Shown here piece after piece: positions 39,594 to 48,347 of a DNA stretch of 64,000 nt. The position numbers and the translations under genes were made by a program. This DNA comes from Candidatus Cloacimonadota bacterium (GTDB taxonomy: Bacteria; Cloacimonadota; Cloacimonadia; JGIOTU-2). The notes under the pieces are model-generated. The model was not told the DNA's origin. It was given only the letters and a program-made list of their open reading frames with translations, and ran no database searches. The stretch spans positions 4,882 through 68,881 of the forward strand of contig JAUWMT010000007.1 in NCBI GenBank assembly GCA_030613025.1, written 5' to 3'. Every line of letters begins with the position of its first letter. Position 1 is the stretch's first letter.

Positions 39594-39995
39594 ATGAAAT
39601 CGAAAGACCTTGATATCGAAAAGATCGTTAATTATTGGATTGGATCGTCAGAGAGTAATTATTCGACGATGCACAATCTGTATAGATCAAAGGATTATGA
39701 TTGGGCGCTTTTTGTTGGGCATCTGGTTTTAGAAAAATTGATGAAAGCGCTGTATGTAAAATTGTTGAAAATGCATCCTCCATATATACATGACCTTTTA
39801 AGATTGGCTGATAAGATGAGTTTGGAAGTAACTCCCGAGCAAGAAGAATGGCTGGACACGATCACAACTTTTAATATTAATGCAAGATATGATAATTATA
39901 AACTCAATTTTACCAAACTATGCACAAAGGAATTTGCAGATATTTGGATGCCAAGGATTGAGAGTGTACGAGAATGGATAAAAAAGCAGCTATAA
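39594..39995 (+). CDS. HEPN-domain protein (toxin-like partner of the MNT)
   Basis: 133-aa helical protein; overlaps the downstream NTase gene by 22 nt; typical HEPN/MNT pair layout. Confidence 0.6.
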   Translation: MKSKDLDIEKIVNYWIGSSESNYSTMHNLYRSKDYDWALFVGHLVLEKLMKALYVKLLKMHPPYIHDLLRLADKMSLEVTPEQEEWLDTITTFNINARYDNYKLNFTKLCTKEFADIWMPRIESVREWIKKQL

Positions 39996-40282
39996 ATATT
40001 ACAAAAAGGTTCATAAGAGAGCTGCCCAAAGACCTGTCAGTAAAAAAAGTTTATCTTTTTGGATCATATATAAAAGGTGTCTACAACGAAGATAGCGATA
40101 TCGATATCGCAGTTGTTTTTGAAGATATCAAAGATTATTTTTCCGTTCAATTACTATTAATGAGAATTAGAAGAAACATTGATCTGCGCATTGAACCGCA
40201 TCCTTTTACCGAACGAGATTTCAATGAAAGTGATTCTCTGGCGCATGAAATTTTACAAACGGGTGTTGAATTCAATGTGTAG
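39974..40282 (+). CDS. Minimal nucleotidyltransferase (MNT) antitoxin-like
   Basis: LFGSYIKGVYNEDSDIDIAVVF is the GS…DxD motif; 102 aa. Confidence 0.75.
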   Translation: MDKKAAINITKRFIRELPKDLSVKKVYLFGSYIKGVYNEDSDIDIAVVFEDIKDYFSVQLLLMRIRRNIDLRIEPHPFTERDFNESDSLAHEILQTGVEFNV

Positions 40283-40304
40283 TCTTGATGGCTCTACATC
40301 AACC

Positions 40305-40410
40305 GGTATAAAGTCCAGCCTGCTAAGTCGGTTACTTAATAAAATTGGTAAACATATTTGCGGACGGATAGTGGTATCCGTCCTTACAAATTAAATTTCT
40401 ATGAAGTATG
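40305..40410. repeat. About 100-bp repeat, copy 2, flanking the HEPN/MNT cassette
   Basis: AAGTCCAGCCTGCTA…ATATTTGCGGACGGATAGTGGTATCCGTCCTTACAAATTAAATTTC…AATGACC. Confidence 0.75.
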
Positions 40411-40487
40411 GGCATTTCTCCGAAATGACCTTTTGTTATGATTCCAAATTTTTCCATCCTTTTAGTTACTTTTAAAAAATAAAAAAA

Positions 40488-40517
40488 GGGACTCTTCACT
40501 TTTCGTGAAGAATCCCT
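40488..40517. terminator. Rho-independent terminator of the STAS/kinase/phosphatase operon
   Basis: GGGACTCTTCAC-TTTT-CGTGAAGAATCCC. On the minus strand it is followed by a T-run (AAAAAATAAAAAAA on plus). Confidence 0.55.
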
Positions 40518-40541
40518 GAAAATCAACAAATATTTTTACGC

Positions 40542-40877
40542 TTATTCTAATTCTTTCAGCGCATTTTCCTTTGTATCAACAATTTTGAAGATAGGTGTAA
40601 ATCCGGATATCTCAAAGATCTCTTTGATGAAATCTTTCATACTGCAGAGAACGATTTTTCCTTTATTGTTGCGTAATTTTTTTGCAGCAAGGAGAAGCAG
40701 TCGCAATCCGGCACTGCTGATATATTCCAGTGCAGAAAAATCAAGAACGATCTTTTTCTCTCCCCCGTCGATCAAAGGGATAAGGATGCTTTCAAGTTCG
40801 CCCGAAGTATTCGCATCAAGACGTCCTATAAGATTGAGAACAGCGACATCTCCATGTTTATCTTGCTTTATTTCCAT
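40542..40877 (-). CDS. STAS-domain anti-sigma-factor antagonist (SpoIIAA/RsbV-like)
   Basis: 111 aa; conserved phospho-Ser region DFSALEYISSAGLR. Confidence 0.8.
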   Translation of the reverse strand: MEIKQDKHGDVAVLNLIGRLDANTSGELESILIPLIDGGEKKIVLDFSALEYISSAGLRLLLLAAKKLRNNKGKIVLCSMKDFIKEIFEISGFTPIFKIVDTKENALKELE

Positions 40878-40917
40878 GTAATCCTCCGATAATGGATAAG
40901 AAATTATTCAATTTCCT

Positions 40918-41343
40918 TTAGTTCGATTTTTTCAAGAATTTTGTCAATGTTAAGATATTTTTATCTTCAACTCTTTGATATTTTATGATATCCATAAGCT
41001 TCTTCACGAGATAGATACCAAGCCCTCCTATGGGTCTTTCTTCCACCGAATGTTTCAGGTGAAACGGGTCCTCTTTTTGCTCGGGATCAAATTCAATCCC
41101 GTAATCGATAAAAACAAGTTTGATCTCTTTTTCAGTGAGGTGAAATTGTATTTCTATGATATATTCAGCTTCATCATCAAAGCCATAGGTTACAATATTG
41201 GTTATGATCTCATCGAGACATAGAGAAATATCATAGATAATTCGTTGTGACAGTTTGTTTTCTTGGGCAAAAATTTCGAATTTCCCTGTCACGCGTGCAA
41301 TTTCTGGAAGCGAATTTTTTATGTGAACTATTAATGATTTCAT
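40918..41343 (-). CDS. Anti-sigma regulatory factor Ser/Thr kinase (RsbW/SpoIIAB-like HATPase_c)
   Basis: 141 aa with N-box E…N and G-box GGLGIYLV. Confidence 0.75.
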   Translation of the reverse strand: MKSLIVHIKNSLPEIARVTGKFEIFAQENKLSQRIIYDISLCLDEIITNIVTYGFDDEAEYIIEIQFHLTEKEIKLVFIDYGIEFDPEQKEDPFHLKHSVEERPIGGLGIYLVKKLMDIIKYQRVEDKNILTLTKFLKKSN

Positions 41344-41350
41344 GAGAACC

Positions 41351-42697
41351 TCACGCTCTATAATGAAGGACGAGAATGGCTATATCGTCAAATTGGACAG
41401 CGTCGCCCTGAAATTCATAGACTTCATCGATGATGCGCATACTTGTCGCCTTTGGAGTAAACTTACTGCATTCGGACAAGATATTTTCCAGACGCGGAAG
41501 TGTGAATATCTCATCTCTTACATTTGTCGCTTCATTCACACCATCAGTGAAGATGAACATTTGTTCATCCTTTACCAGGAATAAAGATTTTGTTTCAAAC
41601 TGAAAATCCTCAAGAACGCCAAGTGCAATTCCCTTTGTGTTTGGAATTTTAGTAATCGAGCCATCGTTATGGATGATATATGGAATATTATGTCCGGCAT
41701 TTGAATAGATAACCTCACCTGTTTCGATATCCAAAATGCCCAGAAAAACCGTTACGAACATACTCGATTCATTTTCTTCGCAGAGCATGTTATTTACTTG
41801 ATAAAGAATATCTGAAGAAGACATACCGGATTGTGCATGGGCTTTTATAAGGGTTTTGCTGACAGCCATAAAAAGAGAAGCAGGCACTCCTTTGCCTGAT
41901 ACATCTCCCACGCCAAAACACATGTGGTTGTCATCAAGAAAGAAGAAATCATAAAGGTCACCACCAACTTCCTTTGCAGGTTCGATGACAGCAAAGAGAT
42001 CGAATTCAGAACGGTCGGGGAAGGGAGGAAATATTTTTGGTATGATCCCCATCTGAATATCATGTGCAATGCGCAATTCATGCTCGATCTTTGCTTTCTC
42101 AGTTTCGGTACTGCGCTCTTTTACGAGGTTTCGGGCTATAAAAATAAAGATAGCAATGCCTACACCGTTTGCAATTATCATAGGAATTATTGCTTTCTTT
42201 ATTATTTCGAAGGTCTGGCTTATTTTTCCTGTGTGAAGACTCCAGAAATATGCTAGTTCCATGTGAAAGAGTTCGAGGAGAATTGCAAAGATGATCGCGC
42301 CTGGAATTGTTATGATTTTTTTCTTTCTTATAAGAAATATAATGCCGCCAAATAGACCGGCAAAGAGCGTTGCCACAGAACAAGGAATGCAGGTTACTCC
42401 ACCCTGAAAGAAACGATGAACAGCGCCGATGAGACCCGCACCAATACCAACAAGAGGACCTGCGATCAGTCCTGCAATTGCCGGACCAAGATCCCGGATG
42501 TTCGCAGTCGCATCAAAGATCCTGATGCCGCTCATGGTTCCATAAATTGAGAAAAGTCCAAATATAAGCGAGAGAACTATCCCATTTTTCAGCGTGATTT
42601 TCTTCTCAATAATAACTTCGGAATAGAGCTTCGTCCGCGTGAGCACGTAGGCAACAACTATAAGTACTGCCATGTGGTTGATAAGTGAAATGCCCAT
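41351..42697 (-). CDS. Membrane 5TMR-LYT sensor fused to PP2C (SpoIIE/RsbU-type) phosphatase
   Basis: N-terminal 5-TM region with NIRDLGP…GPLVG…HRFF…CS; C-terminal GGDLYDFF…GDVSGKG…SNAGH…DGVNEA PP2C motifs. Confidence 0.75.
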   Translation of the reverse strand: MGISLINHMAVLIVVAYVLTRTKLYSEVIIEKKITLKNGIVLSLIFGLFSIYGTMSGIRIFDATANIRDLGPAIAGLIAGPLVGIGAGLIGAVHRFFQGGVTCIPCSVATLFAGLFGGIIFLIRKKKIITIPGAIIFAILLELFHMELAYFWSLHTGKISQTFEIIKKAIIPMIIANGVGIAIFIFIARNLVKERSTETEKAKIEHELRIAHDIQMGIIPKIFPPFPDRSEFDLFAVIEPAKEVGGDLYDFFFLDDNHMCFGVGDVSGKGVPASLFMAVSKTLIKAHAQSGMSSSDILYQVNNMLCEENESSMFVTVFLGILDIETGEVIYSNAGHNIPYIIHNDGSITKIPNTKGIALGVLEDFQFETKSLFLVKDEQMFIFTDGVNEATNVRDEIFTLPRLENILSECSKFTPKATSMRIIDEVYEFQGDAVQFDDIAILVLHYRA

Positions 42698-42698
42698 G

Positions 42699-43112
42699 TT
42701 AATCCTTTATTTTTGGACTGTAATGCAGCGCCAGCCACACTGTTTTTGTATTCGGATCTGTCCACTCTACTCTGTGATACGTACCTGCTGGAATAGTAAG
42801 ATAATCACCAGCTTGGAGTTCAACAGTAGAATTATCATTTTTAAAAGATAATTTTGCAGAACCGCTCAATAAAATCACCCACTCATCAGTATTCTCACAA
42901 AGCCATATGCCAAAAGGAGTTATATTACCTTCCGAGACAATTCTCTCAAGAAATAAATGCTCATTCTTGAGAAGCTTCTCGAAATATTCTTTCTCAAGAT
43001 TTTCCGGAATAAGTGTGAAAAGATTATTTACCGCAGGGATGCTGGCAGGGTTTTCCGCACCCCGGCTCTTCTTTTTGTTCATGTTTTCCGAACCATTTTT
43101 TATGGATCTCAT
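42699..43112 (-). CDS. Cupin-domain protein
   Basis: AGDYLTIPAGTYHRVEWTD cupin_2 motif. The N-terminus overlaps the upstream SBP gene, so the true start may be an internal Met. Confidence 0.55.
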   Translation of the reverse strand: MRSIKNGSENMNKKKSRGAENPASIPAVNNLFTLIPENLEKEYFEKLLKNEHLFLERIVSEGNITPFGIWLCENTDEWVILLSGSAKLSFKNDNSTVELQAGDYLTIPAGTYHRVEWTDPNTKTVWLALHYSPKIKD

Positions 43113-43815
43113 TATAAGTGCCGTTATCTTTCAGATGCTGCATTCCTTCATTAATGAATTCCAGCAGCTCGCCATCACCTTTGTCCACAGCGAAATACAT
43201 ATAGCTGGTTTGTAGCGGTTCATCTGCTGAGATAATATCATCATAGCTGTTTTTCTTGATGATGTATTTGGCAACACTTGTCGGTCCGACAAAGGCATCC
43301 ACAATATTATTGTCAAGTGCATCGAGGGCATCGATCTCGGATTCCGTAGGTAGAATGGTGATCTGCTCATTCTCTTTGAGAATCTCTTCGTAATAACTTC
43401 CCTTTTGCACTGCGACTTTTTTCATAACAAGGTCATCAATCGTACTGATGGTACTATCTTTTGAAAAAATTCTGATCTCATCAATTAAATATGGCTCATT
43501 CGAGAAATCATAGATATCTTCTCTTTCGGGAGTTTTGTCCATCTGGGACATAATATCTACTTTTACGCCTTTACGCAATGATACCAATGCATCGCTCCAT
43601 TTGAATTCAGTGGGTACAAAACCAAATTTTGATCCTTCAAATATTGGATTGAGCAGGTCAATATCAAAACCAGCCGGGTCGCCATTTTCAATGAAGGAAA
43701 AGGGTGCATGGTCTTTGTCAAATGCAAAAACGATGCCTCTTGCTTTGGCTGATGCAGTTGATGTAATTGTTAAAAGAACAACGATCAGTATTAACAGAAA
43801 TGATGTCCTCTTCAT
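43024..43815 (-). CDS. Periplasmic substrate-binding protein, family 3 (amino-acid type), with Cys-rich C-terminal tail
   Basis: Signal peptide; SBP_bac_3-like length. Tail is EEPGCGKPCQHPCGK. Confidence 0.5.
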   Translation of the reverse strand: MKRTSFLLILIVVLLTITSTASAKARGIVFAFDKDHAPFSFIENGDPAGFDIDLLNPIFEGSKFGFVPTEFKWSDALVSLRKGVKVDIMSQMDKTPEREDIYDFSNEPYLIDEIRIFSKDSTISTIDDLVMKKVAVQKGSYYEEILKENEQITILPTESEIDALDALDNNIVDAFVGPTSVAKYIIKKNSYDDIISADEPLQTSYMYFAVDKGDGELLEFINEGMQHLKDNGTYNEIHKKWFGKHEQKEEPGCGKPCQHPCGK

Positions 43816-43830
43816 TATGAATCTCCTATA

Positions 43831-45762
43831 TTATTTTTCTCTTTTTAAAAGAAGGATAGTAATATCGTCAAATTGATTATCCTTCTGGAATCCTTCGAGG
43901 TTTTCTGTAACGACATCGAGAATTTCGACTAAAGTTTTACCGGCATTTTTGCTGAGTATTTTTATGAATCGCTCTTCTCCATATAATTCTTTTTCCGGCG
44001 ATGTAGCTTCTATCACACCATCAGTATAGAGAACCATCACTTCGCCGACTTCCAATTGTGCTTCCCCTTCATGATATTCGCGGGTTTCATCGATGCCAAG
44101 CGCTATGTCTTTGAAAGTTTTCAATATCCTGTGAGAGCCGTCCTTAGAGAGGATGATGGGTTCGTCATGACCGGCGTTCGTCCATTTCATTTTTCCGGTT
44201 CTAATATTGTAAATCGCAAGGAAAAGCGTGGTGAACATGCAGGCATCATTATCCTGACAAAGCACAATATTCGCCTTTTCCATAGCTTCTACGGGTGGAA
44301 CATCCTTCACACAAACTGTTTTCATGAGTGTTCTTGTAACAGCCATGAACAGTCCGGCAGAAATACCTTTGCCAGAGACGTCAGCAATTATCACAGCAAT
44401 ATTTTCATTATCTAGCATAAAGAAATCAAAGAAGTCACCGGCAACTTCTTTTGCAGGAATATTCCTTGCATAGAGGTCGAATTCTTCAGCGTCAGGAAAT
44501 GGAGGGAAAATTCGGGGAAGAAGGGATTCCTGGATTTGCCGTGCGATACGAAACTCGCTTTCCACAGACTCTTTTGCTTTTGTTGCAGCGGTCAGGTCAG
44601 AGATGTAATGTTTCAGATCATAGGTCATTTTGTTGAATGCTTTAACAAGCTCATGAATTTCATCATGCCCCCGAATGCCTGTGATCTTCTCATCAAGATT
44701 ACCTTTGGAGATTCTATTGGCAAAGCCGAGCAATCTTTTTATCGGTTTTGTGATGCCAATTGCAGCCCAAAGAATAACAAGCAGGATTATAAGCAGCCCG
44801 ATGACCATAATAGTGATCTGTCTGATCACCATCGAATTGACGGTTTTCATGATCTCTTTGTCGGGGATCACTGCTGCAAAACTCCAATGACAGTCTGGAA
44901 TCGGTGAATAGACCAACCAACTTTTTTCACCTGTATTCACATCCCTGAAAGTTGTGATGCCCTGCTCACCCGCGATCATTTTTTTGCCGATCTCACGCAA
45001 TTCAGGTTGCCCGTCTTCCTCGGCAAGACTGAAGATGCTCTCGTTCATCATATATTCTTTGGTCGGATGATAGATGAATGTTCCGGTACGGGTAATGATA
45101 TAAGTATATCCAGCCATAATGCGGATATTACTCATTTCCAGCTCGAGATCGTCGAGTGAAATATCCGCAGTAGAGACGCCAATAAATTTTCCGTTTTTGT
45201 GCATCGGTTGTGAATAGGTTGCCATCAGGATGTTGCCGCCGCCTTCATCAAAATATGGCTCTCCCCAGTAAGAAGTTCCCAGCAGTTTAGGTATCATGAA
45301 CCAATCTTGAAGTGTATAATCATAACTTTTTGCAAGATCAATATCTGCAATATCCTTATCGGTACGATATACATAAGGAGAGAAAAGCTTGAGCTTATTA
45401 TTATAATCAAAGGGGTCAAAAGCAATTGCCATGCCGTAAATATCACTGTTCTCACTTAATTTCTTCTTCATTAGAGAGTAGAGCTCATTCTTTGTTGGAG
45501 TTGAGAATTCATCGATCGCATCGGCAATGCCAATCGATGCCCCGGAAACTTTCATAAATTTTCCGTCAAGCATACTGGCATGGTGAGAGGTGAGTTCAAA
45601 AAGATATTCTTTCATCTGTTTTAGAGCATTATCTCCGCTCCAGAAATAGGTGAAAAGGATTACAATAATATAGACCAGCAGCAGCGGAAGACCGATCCAG
45701 AGAAGCAGTTTGCGAGCCAAAGGATGTTTAACTTTTACTTTTTCATCTTTCATGAACAACAT
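43831..45762 (-). CDS. dCache-HAMP-PP2C sensor phosphatase (RsbU-like)
   Basis: N-terminal TM, periplasmic Cache-like region, second TM, HAMP, then PP2C (GDFFDFF…DVSGKG…TNAGH…DGVIEA). Confidence 0.75.
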   Translation of the reverse strand: MLFMKDEKVKVKHPLARKLLLWIGLPLLLVYIIVILFTYFWSGDNALKQMKEYLFELTSHHASMLDGKFMKVSGASIGIADAIDEFSTPTKNELYSLMKKKLSENSDIYGMAIAFDPFDYNNKLKLFSPYVYRTDKDIADIDLAKSYDYTLQDWFMIPKLLGTSYWGEPYFDEGGGNILMATYSQPMHKNGKFIGVSTADISLDDLELEMSNIRIMAGYTYIITRTGTFIYHPTKEYMMNESIFSLAEEDGQPELREIGKKMIAGEQGITTFRDVNTGEKSWLVYSPIPDCHWSFAAVIPDKEIMKTVNSMVIRQITIMVIGLLIILLVILWAAIGITKPIKRLLGFANRISKGNLDEKITGIRGHDEIHELVKAFNKMTYDLKHYISDLTAATKAKESVESEFRIARQIQESLLPRIFPPFPDAEEFDLYARNIPAKEVAGDFFDFFMLDNENIAVIIADVSGKGISAGLFMAVTRTLMKTVCVKDVPPVEAMEKANIVLCQDNDACMFTTLFLAIYNIRTGKMKWTNAGHDEPIILSKDGSHRILKTFKDIALGIDETREYHEGEAQLEVGEVMVLYTDGVIEATSPEKELYGEERFIKILSKNAGKTLVEILDVVTENLEGFQKDNQFDDITILLLKREK

Positions 45763-46738
45763 CCTTGTAGAAATCCTTGTAAGAAGGAATGGTTATGATC
45801 AATTTCTGATTGAGCAGTTCCTCGGCAACAGTATAATAGTCCTCTTTTTTAAGCGTGCCCCATTTGTTAGGATCATCTCCAACCTGGTAGGTCATGGCAG
45901 TTTCGATGGCACCGAGCATCCATCTCTGGTGGGAGCGGTTGGTCTGCATGTGATATTCCCTGCAGTATTTCATGACAAGATCGAGGGCTTCTTCTTTATT
46001 TTGAAATGCATAATTCCAGCCCTTTATTGTTGCATCAATGAAATTTCTGCAAATTTCTGGATCCCTTTGGAGGGTTTCTTCTCTGCAGTATATGCCATCT
46101 TCCGGGAAATTGAGATCATAATCTGTGAAGAAGAATGTTACAAGCTCATCTTCGTCAATACCTGCCTGAAGTATCTTATGATATTCATTATAATACATCG
46201 CAGATGTTACATCGATAGCCCCGACAAGGAAGCCGTCAATTCTGAAAGATTGAGGTATCACATCCGGCTGAATGTTCTGTTTCTGGAAAAATGCAATGGG
46301 CTGGATCGAGAAATCTCCTCCCCAGTTGCTGACTACCTTATCTTCGAAATCCTGTGCAGTCTCAATACCACTTTCTTTTTTCGCCACGAGCATCAAAGAT
46401 GATTTTTGTAATAGCTGGCAGATGTTGAGGATCGGCTCATTCTCCGAACGTAGCATGATCGCCTGGGAAAGCCAGCCCGTACAGAATTCAATCCGGTTAT
46501 CCAGCACTTCCTGAAAGGGACTGTCCGTTCCGTCGGAAAAAAGTATAGTTGCGTCAATACCAGCTTCATTATAGAATCCCTTTTCGTGAGCAACGATATA
46601 TCCGGCAAATTGTGCTTGCGGAAACCACTGCACCATCAGGGAAATCTCTTGCCTTTCTTCTCCCAAGAGGAAGTTGGGAAAGAGAAGCACAAGACAAAAC
46701 AATAATATTACAGGTATTTTTCTTTTCATATAATCCAT
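45743..46738 (-). CDS. NMT1/SsuA/TauA-like ABC substrate-binding protein
   Basis: Signal peptide; QWFPQAQFAGY motif typical of the NitT/TauT SBP family. Confidence 0.6.
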   Translation of the reverse strand: MDYMKRKIPVILLFCLVLLFPNFLLGEERQEISLMVQWFPQAQFAGYIVAHEKGFYNEAGIDATILFSDGTDSPFQEVLDNRIEFCTGWLSQAIMLRSENEPILNICQLLQKSSLMLVAKKESGIETAQDFEDKVVSNWGGDFSIQPIAFFQKQNIQPDVIPQSFRIDGFLVGAIDVTSAMYYNEYHKILQAGIDEDELVTFFFTDYDLNFPEDGIYCREETLQRDPEICRNFIDATIKGWNYAFQNKEEALDLVMKYCREYHMQTNRSHQRWMLGAIETAMTYQVGDDPNKWGTLKKEDYYTVAEELLNQKLIITIPSYKDFYKDVVHER

Positions 46739-46840
46739 AACCTGGACAAGCCAGAACCAAACAGGAAATATTAATCAATAATAAAGCTAATAATTTCTAA
46801 ATCCAAATTCCTAATGTCAAATAAAATGACAAAACCTTCA

Positions 46841-46938
46841 CCCCGTTAGATAAAAGATTTATATTTTCTAATTTAGGCACTAACACCTTTCTACTCCAAT
46901 AAAGTTACAATTCCTACCATCTTTACTATCTAACAGGG
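46841..46938. repeat. MITE-like element with CCCCGTTAGATA…TATCTAACAGGG terminal inverted repeats
   Basis: Same IR family as 30045-30106 and 30272-30368. The adjacent sequence CTAATGTCAAATAAAATGACAAAA also recurs at 29960. Confidence 0.6.
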
Positions 46939-47142
46939 CAAGAATGTCAAATCATGCTACAACAAAATCTCCGAAGACTAATCCTGTTATATTTGGTATT
47001 TGATATTTGTAATTAGTCATTTAACCTCTTCTATAAAAGGATTTCCAAGCATAATAATCCCTATATATCGGGATGCCAAAAATCACATAAATTTTATTGA
47101 TAAGATACTAATATTTTTTGTTTATTTATTAACAAGTGTTAT

Positions 47143-48228
47143 TTATTTTTTGTCTGAATCGTCAGCGGTTGTATCTTCTGCCACTTCTTCCAGACGGGAT
47201 TTCTGTCGATTGGTATATTGCTTGAGCGCTTTGGAAATATCGAGTACATTGAAAATTTCAGTCTGATTTGCAAGTTCCTGAAGTTCCTCTGAAAGTTTTG
47301 CAACAGCATCACGTTGGAAGCGGAGAGCTTTTGTGAAATCGTCTTTACTTTCCATACGCTTGTCATCACGGATACGGAATTTGTGAACCTCGTCAATGGC
47401 TTCACGTTTTATGGAAACATCGAGGAATTTCTGCGCATTTTCCATGAATGGATCTACGCGGTACATATAAAATGAAACATTTGCTTTATCGCGCATCTCG
47501 TGAATAAGCTCGGGGCGGGGTCCGATTAATTCGCCTTTGAATTTCAGCCACCAGTCGTCAGTCTTCTCATCAGTCAACATGATCACCAGCTTGTATGTTG
47601 CTTTTGCATGTTCAATTGTCTGAAGCCAGATTATAAGATCACGATATTTGTCGATATCTTTTTTGGCTTTTTCATCATGAAATCCCGGAGGTGTCTCATC
47701 TTCATAGCGCACCTTGCCTTCTTTAAAAATCTCTTCAAGGCGTTCCTTTGAGAAATTATTACCGACTTTTCTTTCCAGAAGATTTGAAATTGCATCCTGA
47801 AGTTTGTCATTTTCAAAGAGAGAAAGATACTCTTCTTTTCTTTCGTGCAGCTTTACTTCGAGGTCTTTAAAAATTTTAACAACTTTGTCTATAAGCTGGT
47901 CCGCAAGAAAGGAATGATCATCAGATAGCAATCTATTTTTCAGCTCATCCTGTATCTCTTTTAAAAATTTCTGCAGGTCAAGATAGGAATCTTCCTGATG
48001 CTCGATAACCTGTAAACGGCGCTTATGATATTCCAGTGCGGCTTGATAGGGGATCCAGATGCGGTCTCCCAACTGTTGAAAGGTGTTAAGGACTTCTGTG
48101 TTGGTCTCTGCGGAGTAACGATATAAATTGAGCAGTACATTTGCATCAAGAACAAATACACTGTTTTCCCACATCCGGGTAAGTTCGGTTTCTGTGGGCT
48201 TATAATAACCAACAAATGCATTTCTCAT
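47143..48228 (-). CDS. PIN-like domain protein (putative abortive-infection/defense)
   Basis: N-terminal SVFVLDANVLLNLYRY…IWIPYQAALEY is a PIN-like acidic motif. Long C-terminal coiled coil; 361 aa. Confidence 0.45.
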   Translation of the reverse strand: MRNAFVGYYKPTETELTRMWENSVFVLDANVLLNLYRYSAETNTEVLNTFQQLGDRIWIPYQAALEYHKRRLQVIEHQEDSYLDLQKFLKEIQDELKNRLLSDDHSFLADQLIDKVVKIFKDLEVKLHERKEEYLSLFENDKLQDAISNLLERKVGNNFSKERLEEIFKEGKVRYEDETPPGFHDEKAKKDIDKYRDLIIWLQTIEHAKATYKLVIMLTDEKTDDWWLKFKGELIGPRPELIHEMRDKANVSFYMYRVDPFMENAQKFLDVSIKREAIDEVHKFRIRDDKRMESKDDFTKALRFQRDAVAKLSEELQELANQTEIFNVLDISKALKQYTNRQKSRLEEVAEDTTADDSDKK

Positions 48229-48347
48229 GAATATGCTCCAGCAAAATATTGCTTACTTAAAAAAGTTTATTGCTACAAATCCTAAAGGAGTGTTTTTTCT
48301 CGTCAATGTTATTCGTGTGGTACAAGAAAATTAGCAAATAGGTTTCA

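Noticed and set aside
40332-40529. 65-aa minus-strand ORF
   Set aside because: It overlaps the ~100-bp flanking repeat and the terminator hairpin of the STAS operon.
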